A DNA stretch of 63,018 nt, counting the filler, from Salisapilia sapeloensis CBS 127946 (Eukaryota; Protista; Oomycota): assembly GCA_023334545.1 (NCBI GenBank). It is 9 parts of 9 records of this genome, joined end to end, with 100 filler letters (N's around TTAATTAATTAA, not from the genome) between each part and the next. Parts side by side here need not be neighbours in the genome. Positions count along the whole stretch, not along the records: positions 30,089 to 44,818 come from JAADVB010000380.1; positions 44,919 to 47,201 come from JAADVB010000927.1; positions 47,302 to 49,602 come from JAADVB010000923.1; positions 49,703 to 51,694 come from JAADVB010000993.1; 5 more parts are not named here. One strand, written 5' to 3'. Made by a program: the position numbers and the translations under genes. Shown here piece after piece: positions 41,000 to 51,794 of the stretch. Position 1 is the stretch's first letter. The number at the start of each line of letters is the position of its first letter. The notes under the pieces were generated by a model. It made no database searches. It had not been told where the DNA came from and saw nothing but the letters and a program-made list of their open reading frames with translations.

Positions 41000-43418
41000 C
41001 TAGTTGGAGCCCATGCTCTGACTGCTTCGATACTTTTCCAACGCTTCTTCGTATCCTGGCGGACACGACATGGAGCGTTCTAGACCTGCCAAGTCCGAAA
41101 CGGACTTGTCGGACTTGGTTAAGAAACTAATGTCATGGTCAGCTGTGATCATCGCAGGTGGACCGTGCGGTGTCGTATCGATCATCTTTTCCTTCTCTTC
41201 ATCCTTCTGCGTCGACGAGTGCGACTCGTCATTACGTGCAGCCTGTTCCTCCGCAGCGTTGGACATGGATGTCGATCGCGATATCGCTTTCGCATCTGAA
41301 TCGCCTTCTGTATGTTGCTCCCCCGTCGCGTCATTCGATGATGTCGGTGGAGACGCCAGCATATCTTGCTGACCACGCGAACGCATGTACTCGAACCAGT
41401 CAATCTTCTTATGACTCACGAGCGGGCCCAAGTAGTCGTGATACTTGTGTACGAACGTTCGAATGTCTTTCTGGAGCTCAGCACGTTGCTTTGGAAGTTT
41501 ATCCTGGATCGCACGATACTTTGGAAGCAATCGATAGAACAACGGACGCACGGTCTTGAGCTCGATCATACCGGCTTCCACCGATCGGATACCAAAGACA
41601 GAGAACAACGGGAAGGAACAGAAGAGGAGGAAGATGGAGCTCCAGTACCAGTCGGTGAGGAAAGCTGCTAGGATCAAGTAGAGTGCCCACAAGACCGGCA
41701 CAGCGACCATGGAGAAGGTGATCTTTTTACTCAAAACCACATCCTTTCCTTCCAGCTTGACCTTGGACCCTTCCAACGCTTTCTTCTGCTCCGCATTCGC
41801 AACGTATCTCGCCATGAGACCCACAGGTGCATTCAACACGAACAACGGGATACTTGCAAGTAAAAAGATGAGTAGACCGTAGAGAGCAGAGCCAAGTACG
41901 TCATGGATGGACCACCATGCGATGAACGGGACTTGATGGTCGCGCAGCCCCATGAGATTCAGCGACTGATCATAGTCATCCACCTGCCTTTCTAGCTTTG
42001 CTAAATCGTCAGAAGCTTCTGGGATAGTGCTGAGGATTTTGTATCCTTCGGCAAAGCGACGGTTGAGGTCCTGCGTCTCCTCTGCAGTGAGCCTCACTCC
42101 AGATCGTTGGAAGAGCCTTCGAGCGGACATGACAAGACGCAGGACGTGGTAATTAGGAGCTGTCACAATGACACTGCGCATACCTTCTTCCACGCGATGC
42201 AAAAATTCGTTACAAGCCGATCGTTGGTCCTCTTCATACTTTTTCACTAGTTCATCATCCACCGTTAACGGAGTTCCGAATTCAACGGTGACGCGTCCAC
42301 GGAAGCGATGGCCACGGAAGTAGTTTAGTCCGACAGGAACGACGTGAGCGTTGATGTTGTGCTTGGCTTTTACACCCAACGCCATGACGGCGACACCAGC
42401 TTTCAACGGGAGCAAGTCGGTACGATCGTGAGAGCCACCTTCAGGGAAGATACCGATGCATTGACCTCGTTGCAAGTGCTGATAGACTTTGGCAAACGTC
42501 ACAGACTGGTCCACTTTCTTGAACACACCAAAGTCAACAAGAGATGTGACGACGTTATCGTCTGCATCTCGAAGCGGAGCAGACGTAATAATCTGCGTGT
42601 CGTCAATGACTTTTACAACTTTAACGGGTGAGCCACTATCCTTGACGGTTTTACCGGACAGACGGATTTGATCACCGCTCTCGAGCTGCGATGTGAACTT
42701 TGTGTCTTGGCCGATGACACAGTTCTCAGATTCGTTCGAGTCGTCTGCGTTTTTGACTTTACCGACACCAGAGACGACACTGTCCTGCGGGCGCACGACT
42801 GGGATGCATCCCATGATTCGACTGAGGTCACCAATCACTGGTTTGTGGTACGATTTCTCGGCAATGAGGAAACCAAGCTACACATAATCTCTACTTTTAG
42901 GCTGTTGTTCGTATAATAGAATGTTGACAATTGGATACCTTTCGAGGAGCAGTCATGAGTACTACTAGTCCATCCACGAACTGATTGCGATGGTTACCTA
43001 GGTACTTATGAGCAAAGATGTTTTAATCAGAGTGAGTATGAAGACATTGTACCTGTGAAGATGACAGGTCCATCCCGAGGAACATTTTCCAGACCGACAA
43101 CTTCGATACTTTTGAACGAAATGCTTAGTATCGAGTGCAAGTACACTCGAATGCTCCGATAGATCGCTTCATGCAGATGCGTCCAGAGCAGTCCGAGCAT
43201 AGTGGCGAGGTAGACAAGTCCCCACCAGTATGACTCCATGCCGATGAACCCACTGATAGCTTTAATAGGACTAGAGACATCGCGTGAGATGACGTGACGA
43301 TCTATATCTTGTATAAATATCTGAAAATGTACTTGAGCGAGTCGACCGAGAGCGCCATGAGCACAAGTAACGCGACGAATTGCGCCCACACATCGTTGAG
43401 CATCTCCGTCGTACGCAT
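41000..43418 (-). CDS. Glycerol-3-phosphate/DHAP sn-1 acyltransferase (yeast Sct1/Gpt2 type), 4 exons
   Basis: Exons 43333-43418, 43053-43270, 42939-42997 and 41000-42877, with GT..AG introns of 62, 55 and 61 nt in consistent phase. HxxxxD motif NHRNQFVDG and IFPEGGSHDR. Confidence 0.9.
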
Positions 43419-44818
43419 GGTGTACTCTTCTTCGCTTCTAACGCGGGTACAAAGAGAGAGCTTGAGCTTGATCCGGTCGCTTCTTTTTCGGTTGTGAGGT
43501 GGCGGAACCGCGAGTGCCAATTAGACTTGGTTCTTGTATGCCGAAGTGATTGACACTCAAATCACTATGACTTAGATACTTGACGCGAGCATGTGGAATC
43601 TAGCATTTGATTAGGGAAGTAAGCGTTTCGTAATATCCTGGTGGTATCTATTAGATTCAAAGAAGACGATGGAGTTTACATGCGTTAGGTAGATGAGGTG
43701 TTTACGCTAATGAGATTAGCCGTGAGGATGGAGTATATGAGAATGAGGGTACTTTGGAGATACACGATTGATGTGATAGATAATAGCTACATCTTTATCG
43801 ATTTGAATGTTGGGGAGCACCAAAAGAAAGTAACTGAGACAAAACTAGTCAGGACAGACATATAACTTGAAGGACGCTAGCATGTCTCGTGCACGGAATT
43901 GTATGTTTGGAGGGTATCTTTCATTTCTCTACAATATATAGCTAGATGGGATGGGCGTAAGTATCCAGGACAAGGATAGCGTTACCTTGCTATACAATGG
44001 ATGTAACTCATCAGTCGGCATATAAACTCCACGCGTGCATCCATAGCGTTTGCGTATGAATACATCGAGAGGAATGCAGACTGGAAAGATGAGGATCAAC
44101 AGTTTTTGCGTGTGCATCAATTAAGCTCGCTATTCGATATCGAAATGGGCATTGCAGACAGGTATGGATATGTATATCTTGACCCTAGGCTCGTTAATAA
44201 TACTAAGACAGTTCAGGAATAATTGGCAAAGTTTAAGGTATCGGTTTCTCTTTTGTCAAAAGTTAAGGTGTAGGCATCATGTGAGTACTTACCCAGCTTC
44301 CGCAATGGGCTTATACCTCGTGGGAAGGATGCACTGGACCCACAAAGTTGCAATTGATGTTAAATATACCACCGAAATGCGAATACGATTGCCGATTCGG
44401 CCACATGAAGAAAATATCATGCCAAATTACCGGTAATGCGACTTTTTTGTAACCGTTGGAAAACTTCAAGTATGATGTGGGGTCAAGCGACTTCGCGCTC
44501 TTCGTTACCACTACCAACACTAATTCCATCTGACTGCTAAGGAGTCCATCCGCCTAGGAAACATACATCAAATTTAGTGTTGGATGCTGTTTTAGAATTT
44601 CGTGCTGTCCTGATGATTTGCTTCTGCATGCGCCCATTTACTTTCCTGTCGTGATGATGATTGCTTTGCACAAAAGAAAAGCTACTTGATTGAAGGAAAC
44701 GTTTTGAGTAGTCTGATAACTTTGCGAGTTACGTTATCAGGAGCTCAAGAATAGTGCGATCGATCTTGTTCCCTTGCAAGTTACAAAGACGCTGGTAATT
44801 AGAGGACTGGAGGACATA

Positions 44819-44918
44819 NNNNNNNNNNNNNNNNNNNNNNNNNNNNNNNNNNNNNNNNNNNNTTAATTAATTAANNNNNNNNNNNNNNNNNNNNNNNNNN
44901 NNNNNNNNNNNNNNNNNN
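44819..44918. other. Assembly gap spacer
   Basis: 44 N + TTAATTAATTAA + 44 N. Confidence 0.99.
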
Positions 44919-45661
44919 CAACACGGATGATGTATAGGGCGATATGTATTTCCAACGGAGGTGGATATCTGTGACAGCTCTACGGGTTTCCATCTTCCTT
45001 GTGAGGGATGCTGCGGACGACGAAGCATTTGCCGACTTTAGAAACAGTCATGGCGGCCCAACACAGACCCACATTCCATCGCACAGCTTCGAGAGAAGAT
45101 GGGTACGTGGCTTGACTCGGAGGTAACCCAGATGGCCGTGTCTCAATTGATCAGTATCTTTGTCTACGGTGTACCTATGTCCTTTCTTGCGCCAGCAAAT
45201 CCAACCCCGTGCCCATGTGCCGCGTGTCTAGTGCGTGGTGAATCACAACGAATACTAGTGTACCCGTACCTGGACATCGTGTCCTTTGTGAACTTTTGGA
45301 TTTTAGGTGGAACTACGCATAATGACGTCCTCGCCTGGACGCTAGCTTCACCACAATATCTCTGTTCATCAAGCGCAGCCATACGTGACGGCTTTGCTTA
45401 TCCACGCAACACCTCGTCTCCCAGTGCCGACGCGAGTGGAAGCGACTTGATATTACTTCGACTTCAGAGTATCCGGCACTAGAGCGTTTGAACCCACGTG
45501 CTCGACCATGTGGGAAATCAATCATGTGAAGCGAACCCAGAGCAGCAAGATAGTATCCACGAAAGCTCACGAATGCCGCAGCTCCTGACTCACTTTCCAA
45601 TCGGCAAGCTCCTCCACAAGCTACCCACCAGCGAACACTTTCCCACACTCCTCAACTCAAG

Positions 45662-45856
45662 ATGACCTCTCCTGCCAAGCGCCAGACTTCCCCCATGACC
45701 GCGGCCGAGGCCGTCTGTGTGTGGGCCATCCACTGCACGCAAGTCATCTTCCCAGGAATGAACGCGTACCTTGAGCATGACTATTCGGACCTAGGCAACA
45801 TCGCGCCCGAGCTGTACGCCGCATCAGCCAAGCGGAGCAAGGCCGGCGACTATTAG
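45662..45856 (+). CDS. 64-aa microprotein, unknown family (paralogue of 46622-46888)
   Basis: INR CTCACTTTC at 45589, C/A-rich leader of about 70 nt, strong C-ending codon bias, shared FPxM/DYSxL motif. Confidence 0.7.
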   Translation: MTSPAKRQTSPMTAAEAVCVWAIHCTQVIFPGMNAYLEHDYSDLGNIAPELYAASAKRSKAGDY

Positions 45857-46621
45857 ATGGGAGCACGGACGTGTCCACCGCCTCGAAAAGTGAAGATTTG
45901 AGGGAGGTGGAACTCTGGATTGATAGCTATCGCCTCGGTGCAGCGAACGTAAGCTGCTAGGGAACGAATATTGCATTTATAATTACAATACATATCCTTT
46001 AACGCTCGAGATGCCTGTCTCCGTCGTACGAACGAGCTTGGTCTGCGTGAAAGTATCTTTGCTATAATCGAATGGACACATGTATACCAGAATGTGGTGG
46101 TAACGTCGACGTATGCATCAAAACTGAGGACAGCGATCGTGGCTTTGCTGCTTCGAACATGCAGATGTGAAACAGTTGAACATGTCGTCCATAGGAAATA
46201 CTGGCCCTTTGATGACAAACCTCGCCGAGCTGCGTGACGTCGCGGATCCGATTGATTCGAGATTAAAGTGCACGTCAGCGTCTCTATGTCACGGGCACGT
46301 TGGACATGTGACACGGGCACGTTCGGATCGCCTGATAGCAACCTCTGGAGATGCGCACATGAGGATGGAAGTATGTATACGAGCTGCCTTCCGGTTGCAC
46401 CTGTAATCGGTCTGCTCGCGTACCAGTATTGCATCGCCTCTGGCGGATATTTCTCAAATTCTCTCGCCGGACACGAACACGTTTCTATTTGCCCTGCTTA
46501 CGTAGACACTTTGGGCTCTAGATGTACTCGACGTGTCTTCCGGCCTCCGGAGCTCATTCTCCAAAAGAACTCAACACTACCAAGTAACCACCAAACAAGA
46601 CCAAGAGTCATCTCCTACCCC

Positions 46622-46888
46622 ATGAGCAGCAACCTGCTAAAGTCTGTACTCTACGCCTCCATGCAAGCTGGCGACAGTGCCCTCGGCCAGATCTGCAACG
46701 CCGGCGTCTACGTCGTTGACCACGCCTTCCCATCGATGCACAATTGTGTTTCGTTCGACTACTCTGGGCTCACGCACCTGAGCAGTCCGATCATGCCCGA
46801 GACGGCGGCCGTGTCCGATCACCACCAGACGCACCTGACGGTCAACGTACCCAAGTCGGTGTCGACGAGCTTCCCGCCTGCTGCGTAG
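46622..46888 (+). CDS. 88-aa microprotein, unknown family (paralogue of 45662-45856)
   Basis: INR GCTCATTCT at 46552, C/A-rich leader of about 66 nt, strong codon bias. MSSNLLKS...FPSM...DYSGL...FPPAA*. Confidence 0.7.
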   Translation: MSSNLLKSVLYASMQAGDSALGQICNAGVYVVDHAFPSMHNCVSFDYSGLTHLSSPIMPETAAVSDHHQTHLTVNVPKSVSTSFPPAA

Positions 46889-47022
46889 CTCCTGAGCGTG
46901 CACCAGCGTATTTAGATGTGTGCATTGAACGAGAATAAACTAGTCCATTGAAAGAAACAAACTTGTCTTGACCTTGTTGTATCTTGAGGCTTCGTTCGAG
47001 ACTCCAGAGACATACGCAGCCA

Positions 47023-47199
47023 TCAGCCCGCTGCGACTCCGTCCACCTCGAACGCCAGCACGTTCGACTGCACCGTCTCCCCCTCCGCCGTCTGAGCTCG
47101 CATCTGGAACGTGTGTCGACCAGGCGCCAGCTCGTCCATCTTGACCAGACCCTCCACCAAATCGTCATACGAGTACTCCAAATTTCCATCGAACACACA
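47023..47199 (-). CDS. 3' fragment of a gene cut by a gap (beta-strand-rich C-terminus)
   Basis: CVFDGNLEYSYDDLVEGLVKMDELAPGRHTFQMRAQTAEGETVQSNVLAFEVDGVAAG* with strong codon bias. Confidence 0.6.
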   Translation of the reverse strand, partial: CVFDGNLEYSYDDLVEGLVKMDELAPGRHTFQMRAQTAEGETVQSNVLAFEVDGVAAG

Positions 47200-47201
47200 C
47201 A

Positions 47202-47301
47202 NNNNNNNNNNNNNNNNNNNNNNNNNNNNNNNNNNNNNNNNNNNNTTAATTAATTAANNNNNNNNNNNNNNNNNNNNNNNNNNNNNNNNNNNNNNNNNNN
47301 N
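47202..47301. other. Assembly gap spacer
   Basis: 44 N + TTAATTAATTAA + 44 N. Confidence 0.99.
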
Positions 47302-47562
47302 TTGACAGCCCGTACTGCTCGTATACGAATCTTTCACTACACGCCGAGATGGGTGCCGCTCGCGATACATGGTCACATTGTCGTATGACTTGATCGCTTT
47401 CCAACGTCTACGATCAAATCCGCGGGGTATGGACTGATCAAACTTTTGATAATGCCGAAGCGCTTCGTGGACCAATATCATCGCGATGCGCTTGCAATCA
47501 GCTTTCCTTTCTTCTGAGAGGTGAAAGCCCTCATACGCATCTGCTGTCCACTGCGTACTCAT
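47302..47562 (-). CDS. START-FYVE family paralogue, 5' part (cut by gap)
   Basis: MSTQWTADAYEGFHLSEERKADCK... homologous to the gene at 19031. Confidence 0.8.
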
Positions 47563-49341
47563 GGGCGTGTAGTTCGGATCAGCGTGCTAATTTAAAAATG
47601 GCATGGAAGCAGTGTCAAAGTCTTGAGTGGAGACGATGCTGCGGGAAAACGCGCTTGCGTGTCTCATAAGTCGCTCCTTCTGCCCCGTTGGTTGACTTAC
47701 GCTAGCTACTGCATCGTACCTCGGACAGAAAAGTGGCCAATGTAGCTAAAGCTCGTATACTTGTGCAGGTTTAATCGGTATCTTATTTGTATCTGCTCTT
47801 ACAGACTCGGGAAAACGATGTTCGTTATTGTTGGTTTACGTATAGCATTGTTCGACTTGACTATCTTACTTTACATATACCATTGGCCCAAAAGAAACTC
47901 ATCAAATTGTTCCGAAAGGCATAAATACACTGCCAATAGTATTCAGGAAAATTGGAAAATAAGGTATTGGAGACGATGACTCCAGATGACGGGCAAATGG
48001 CATCCACCATGCCAGCCACAAGATGCTCTCTATTTCTTCAATTGCAGTTTTATTTTGAAGTTGTTGCAAAGGATGGAGGTTTATTAAGCTAACCTACATA
48101 GATACCGTCAATTGGAAGTTTCTGTGTACCTTTCGAGGACAGCAAAAAATGCATCCCATCTTGTAATCATTGCGTAAAGGATTGACCCAGATGACGAGCA
48201 AACGATTTACATCTTACCGATCACTTTGTGCTCTCCTCTTCAACAGTGGCGGCCGTCTTTGTAACCTCCGAGGGAAATGAACCTATTGCTATATGACAAA
48301 ACAGGAGTAAATAGTGCCGTTTGCAACTAGATTACTGGTAATACAGTGCTTTCGGCTCTAGTGGAAACCTAGAGCCTCCTGGTCACGGATAACCACTTCA
48401 GGCTCCTCTCCAAAGTTTGGCACGCCGGTTGCATCGTACTCGTGGCCCAGTGTTGGAAACAGCGCAATGAGTGTCTGTATACCACACATGACTGGAACGG
48501 GCGAGGCGGGAGTCACTCTGTTTGGCACACCATGATTAACCAACTAGAAGCCACCGGCCGTAGCCCACGCTGGAACCGACAGTACCCAGTATATGGAACG
48601 ATGTACAGGGACATTATTTATCAAAACCGCTTTAGCGGGCGGGTCCGCCAAGGCTCTAAAGAGATCATACTAACTAAATAAACTCTTTGTCACAAAAAAA
48701 TCCTAAACTGAGGTCTGGTCCAGTGAGTTGGCAATCACGATGGCTGTAGAATCCTTCACCTATATTCAGTTGCTAAGAAGAAGAGTCCGTCCGGCTTAGA
48801 CGCTATTACTGCTAATACCATTATGTACGCGCGATTAGTTATTTTCATACCATTTCTAGCATTGAGATTGTACAAGTGTCAAGTAAATTTAGGCAGACCA
48901 ACAACACACTCATCCACTATTGAGAGCTTGAGAAGAGTGGTATTTGATCCTATTCCCTCTCATATTACAAAGATGACTGCACTTGAAGAACAGAAGAGCA
49001 TTGAGTAACCGCCACGATGGAATGTTGTGTCCTCGTTATCGGAGATTATCATCTTCAGTACTCCATAGCGCGAGCTTCCTGCGTGTCATCTGCACGATTT
49101 GCCCAAGTACCATTTAGGTAAACACAGAATTAAGTTAAAACTGCGCCTTCGAGTATTCTGAATATATTTTGTTTTTAGCAAAGTATGTTCCAATACCCAG
49201 CGTAGCGCAAATCGCAAACGACAGAGGGCAGTATACAAGGCACGCCAGAAATGTTTCCCGTCGCATCGTCTACACCTAAGCTATTTACAGCCTACCTTCA
49301 TGTCATTTTCAAAACTCTACACTATCAACAACTTCGATTTC

Positions 49342-49602
49342 ATGAGTACGCAGTGGACAGCAGATGCGTATGAGGGCTTTCACCTCTCAGAAGAAAGGAA
49401 AGCTGATTGCAAGCGCATCGCGATGATATTGGTCCACGAAGCGCTTCGAAATTTCCAAGAATTTGATCAGTCCATACCCCGCGGATTTGATCGTAGACGT
49501 TGGAAAGCGATCAAGTCATACGACAATGTGACCATGTATCGCGAGCGGCACCCATCTCGGCGTGTAGTGAAAGATTCGTATACGAGCAGTACGGGCTGTC
49601 AA
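49342..49602 (+). CDS. START-FYVE family paralogue, 5' part (cut by gap)
   Basis: Near-identical inverted copy of 47302-47562. Confidence 0.8.
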
Positions 49603-49702
49603 NNNNNNNNNNNNNNNNNNNNNNNNNNNNNNNNNNNNNNNNNNNNTTAATTAATTAANNNNNNNNNNNNNNNNNNNNNNNNNNNNNNNNNNNNNNNNNN
49701 NN
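49603..49702. other. Assembly gap spacer
   Basis: 44 N + TTAATTAATTAA + 44 N. Confidence 0.99.
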
Positions 49703-49720
49703 AATAGATGCTCATGACGA

Positions 49721-50805
49721 TTATAAGCCCATGCGTTGCTTTACTTGTTGCAAGGTGTCGACGGCCATGGCGCCAGCTTTCTCTGCGCCGTCTTCGAGGA
49801 CGCGGTCGATGTGCGCAGGGTCGGCCTGGAGCTCTCGGATGCGCTGTCCGATGGGCGCCAGTCTGTGCAGAGTGTTAGACGGTGGGTGCTTGTGGATGAG
49901 TACGGGAGCTACCTGTCGATGACGGCGTCGGCCACGTCTCGCTTGAACGCTCCCGTCTGCTTGTCCTGGTTCGTGTGGACGAGAGCGTCGATCGGAGTGG
50001 ACGTGACGGCGCTGTAGATGGACAAGAGGTTGGCGATGCCGGGACGCTCGGCCCGGTCGAACCAGATACCCGACGCAGAGTCCGTCTGGGCCTTCATGAT
50101 CTTCTGGCGGATGGCGTCGGCGTCGTCCGACAGCATGATGCGGCTCATGTCGGACGCGTCGCTCTTGCTCATCTTCTTCGTCGGGTCCCTGAGGCTCATG
50201 ATGCGGACGAGGCCATGGTCTTCGTCCTCCACGGGCTGCGGCATCGGAAACAGGTCGGTCTCGAACCTCGAATTGAAGCCGGACGCAATGTCCCGAGCCA
50301 GCTCCAGGTGCTGCTGCTGGTCCTCACCCACCGGAATGCGCTGCGCTCGATACAGGAGGATGTCTGCAGCCATGAGGACGGGGTACGCCAGCAGCCCGAG
50401 ACTGCTGTTGCCGGCTTCCTGCTTCTGCGCCTTATCCTTGAACTGTGTCATGCGCTGCAGCCGACCTAGAGGCGTGAGGCACGACAAGAGCCACATGAGC
50501 TCGGCGTGCTGCGGCACATGGGATTGCCGAAACAGGATGCTGCGGTCCGGATCGATTCCCAACGCCAGCAAGGAGGCTGCCGACGCACGACACTGGTCCG
50601 GAAAGGAAGACGCGTCCCACGGCATGGTCAGCGCATGGAGGTCGACGACCGAGTAGAGGCGGTCGCCAGGAGACTGCTGGAGCTCCACCCAGTTCGCCAA
50701 CGCGCCGCAGTAGTTGCCGAGGTGCGGCACGCCCGTGGGCTGGATGCCGCTCAACACGCGCCTCGACGCCGCGGTCGTGATGGACGCGACCGACTGCTTG
50801 GTCAT
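49721..50805 (-). CDS. WARS2: Tryptophanyl-tRNA synthetase, mitochondrial/bacterial type (intron 49863-49912)
   Basis: SGIQPTG, HLGN (HIGH), VPVGEDQ-like IPVGEDQ, KMSKS. A 50-nt GT..AG intron restores the C-terminus LAPIGQRIRELQADPAHIDRVL...MGL*. Confidence 0.95.
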
Positions 50806-51330
50806 CACTCGGATCGACTGCTCTCGTGGCTGGTAGCCAAGTAGTTTCCGCCAATTAGATCCGCAGATTCACAGCTATCGGCCGTGTCGGGCCTTTGTAT
50901 GGACACTGCCTCGCGTACTGCTCGCGACATTTGCTCTGGCTGCTGCCTCGTCGTACGACCCCTTCACCTTAATGCAGCCGAAGCCAGGACACGAGCAGGG
51001 GTGCGGGTATCTTGCGCGACGAACGACGCGGCGGAGATCTTGAGCAGCCAAGTTCCGCCCCAGGGAGCCTGGGCATCGACCCAAGCCGATTCCGCAAGGA
51101 GGCCAGTAGGTCGACGGTTTTTCCACCGCAGTGGACTCGAAACGGCTCCTTCTCCTCGTGGCATTCGGAATGACGCCAGTCTGTTTTGTCGTCGGCGTAC
51201 CGAACAAGTCGACGTACCCAAAACCTTCGGGATGCGACAGCAGGCACTTGCATTCGATGGCTTCGGCTGGCTGACGGTCGTCTTTTAGACTGATATAAAG
51301 TATGGACGGCAATCCACACCCTTCCGACGA

Positions 51331-51346
51331 CCTCATTCCTCAATTT
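51331..51346 (+). promoter_or_regulatory. INR+FPR core promoter
   Basis: CCTCATTCCTCAATTT, 15/16 match to GCTCATTYBNNNWTTY. Confidence 0.7.
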
Positions 51347-51375
51347 GCCGTCCGCTGCCCACCCAAACGTTGAAC

Positions 51376-51552
51376 ATGCCATCTCCAGCCACCGCCAAGA
51401 CCAGTGCGCCGGCCGGGTCCAGTCCGCCCGAGACGCAGCGCCAGAACAACTTCGAGGTCGACCTGCTCAAGTCTGCGTGGCTGCGACGAGAGCGCGACCT
51501 GCACGCCGCCGACATGCAGTCGACGTCCAGCACCATCAACAGTCAGAACTGA
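51376..51552 (+). CDS. 58-aa microprotein, unknown function
   Basis: ATG about 40 nt after the INR+FPR; strong codon bias; MPSPATAK...FEVDLLKSAWLRRERD... Confidence 0.55.
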   Translation: MPSPATAKTSAPAGSSPPETQRQNNFEVDLLKSAWLRRERDLHAADMQSTSSTINSQN

Positions 51553-51694
51553 GTCGTCGACGGGATGCACGCGACCGAATGCGTCCTAGTCGAACGCCAC
51601 CGAGCATCGTATGAGCGGTAGGATTAACCCGAAAGCCCAACGGGCGACCAAGTGCTGGTCGTCCGCTGCCGACAGCCTCGACGGTCTGGCAAGC

Positions 51695-51794
51695 NNNNNN
51701 NNNNNNNNNNNNNNNNNNNNNNNNNNNNNNNNNNNNNNTTAATTAATTAANNNNNNNNNNNNNNNNNNNNNNNNNNNNNNNNNNNNNNNNNNNN
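51695..51794. other. Assembly gap spacer
   Basis: 44 N + TTAATTAATTAA + 44 N. Confidence 0.99.

Noticed and set aside
43271-43332. Apparent frameshift in the GPAT 5' region (LYKI* vs DRHVISRD)
   Set aside because: A 62-nt GT..AG intron in matching phase joins SVDSL-N-PIKAISGF; its size fits the other introns.
48627-48659. Tandem GC palindromes (CCGCT-tt-AGCGG, GGCGG-gt-CCGCC) followed by CTAA as a Helitron 3' end
   Set aside because: The base after CTRR is not T, no 5' TC end or Rep/Hel remnant is visible, and 2-nt loops are implausible.
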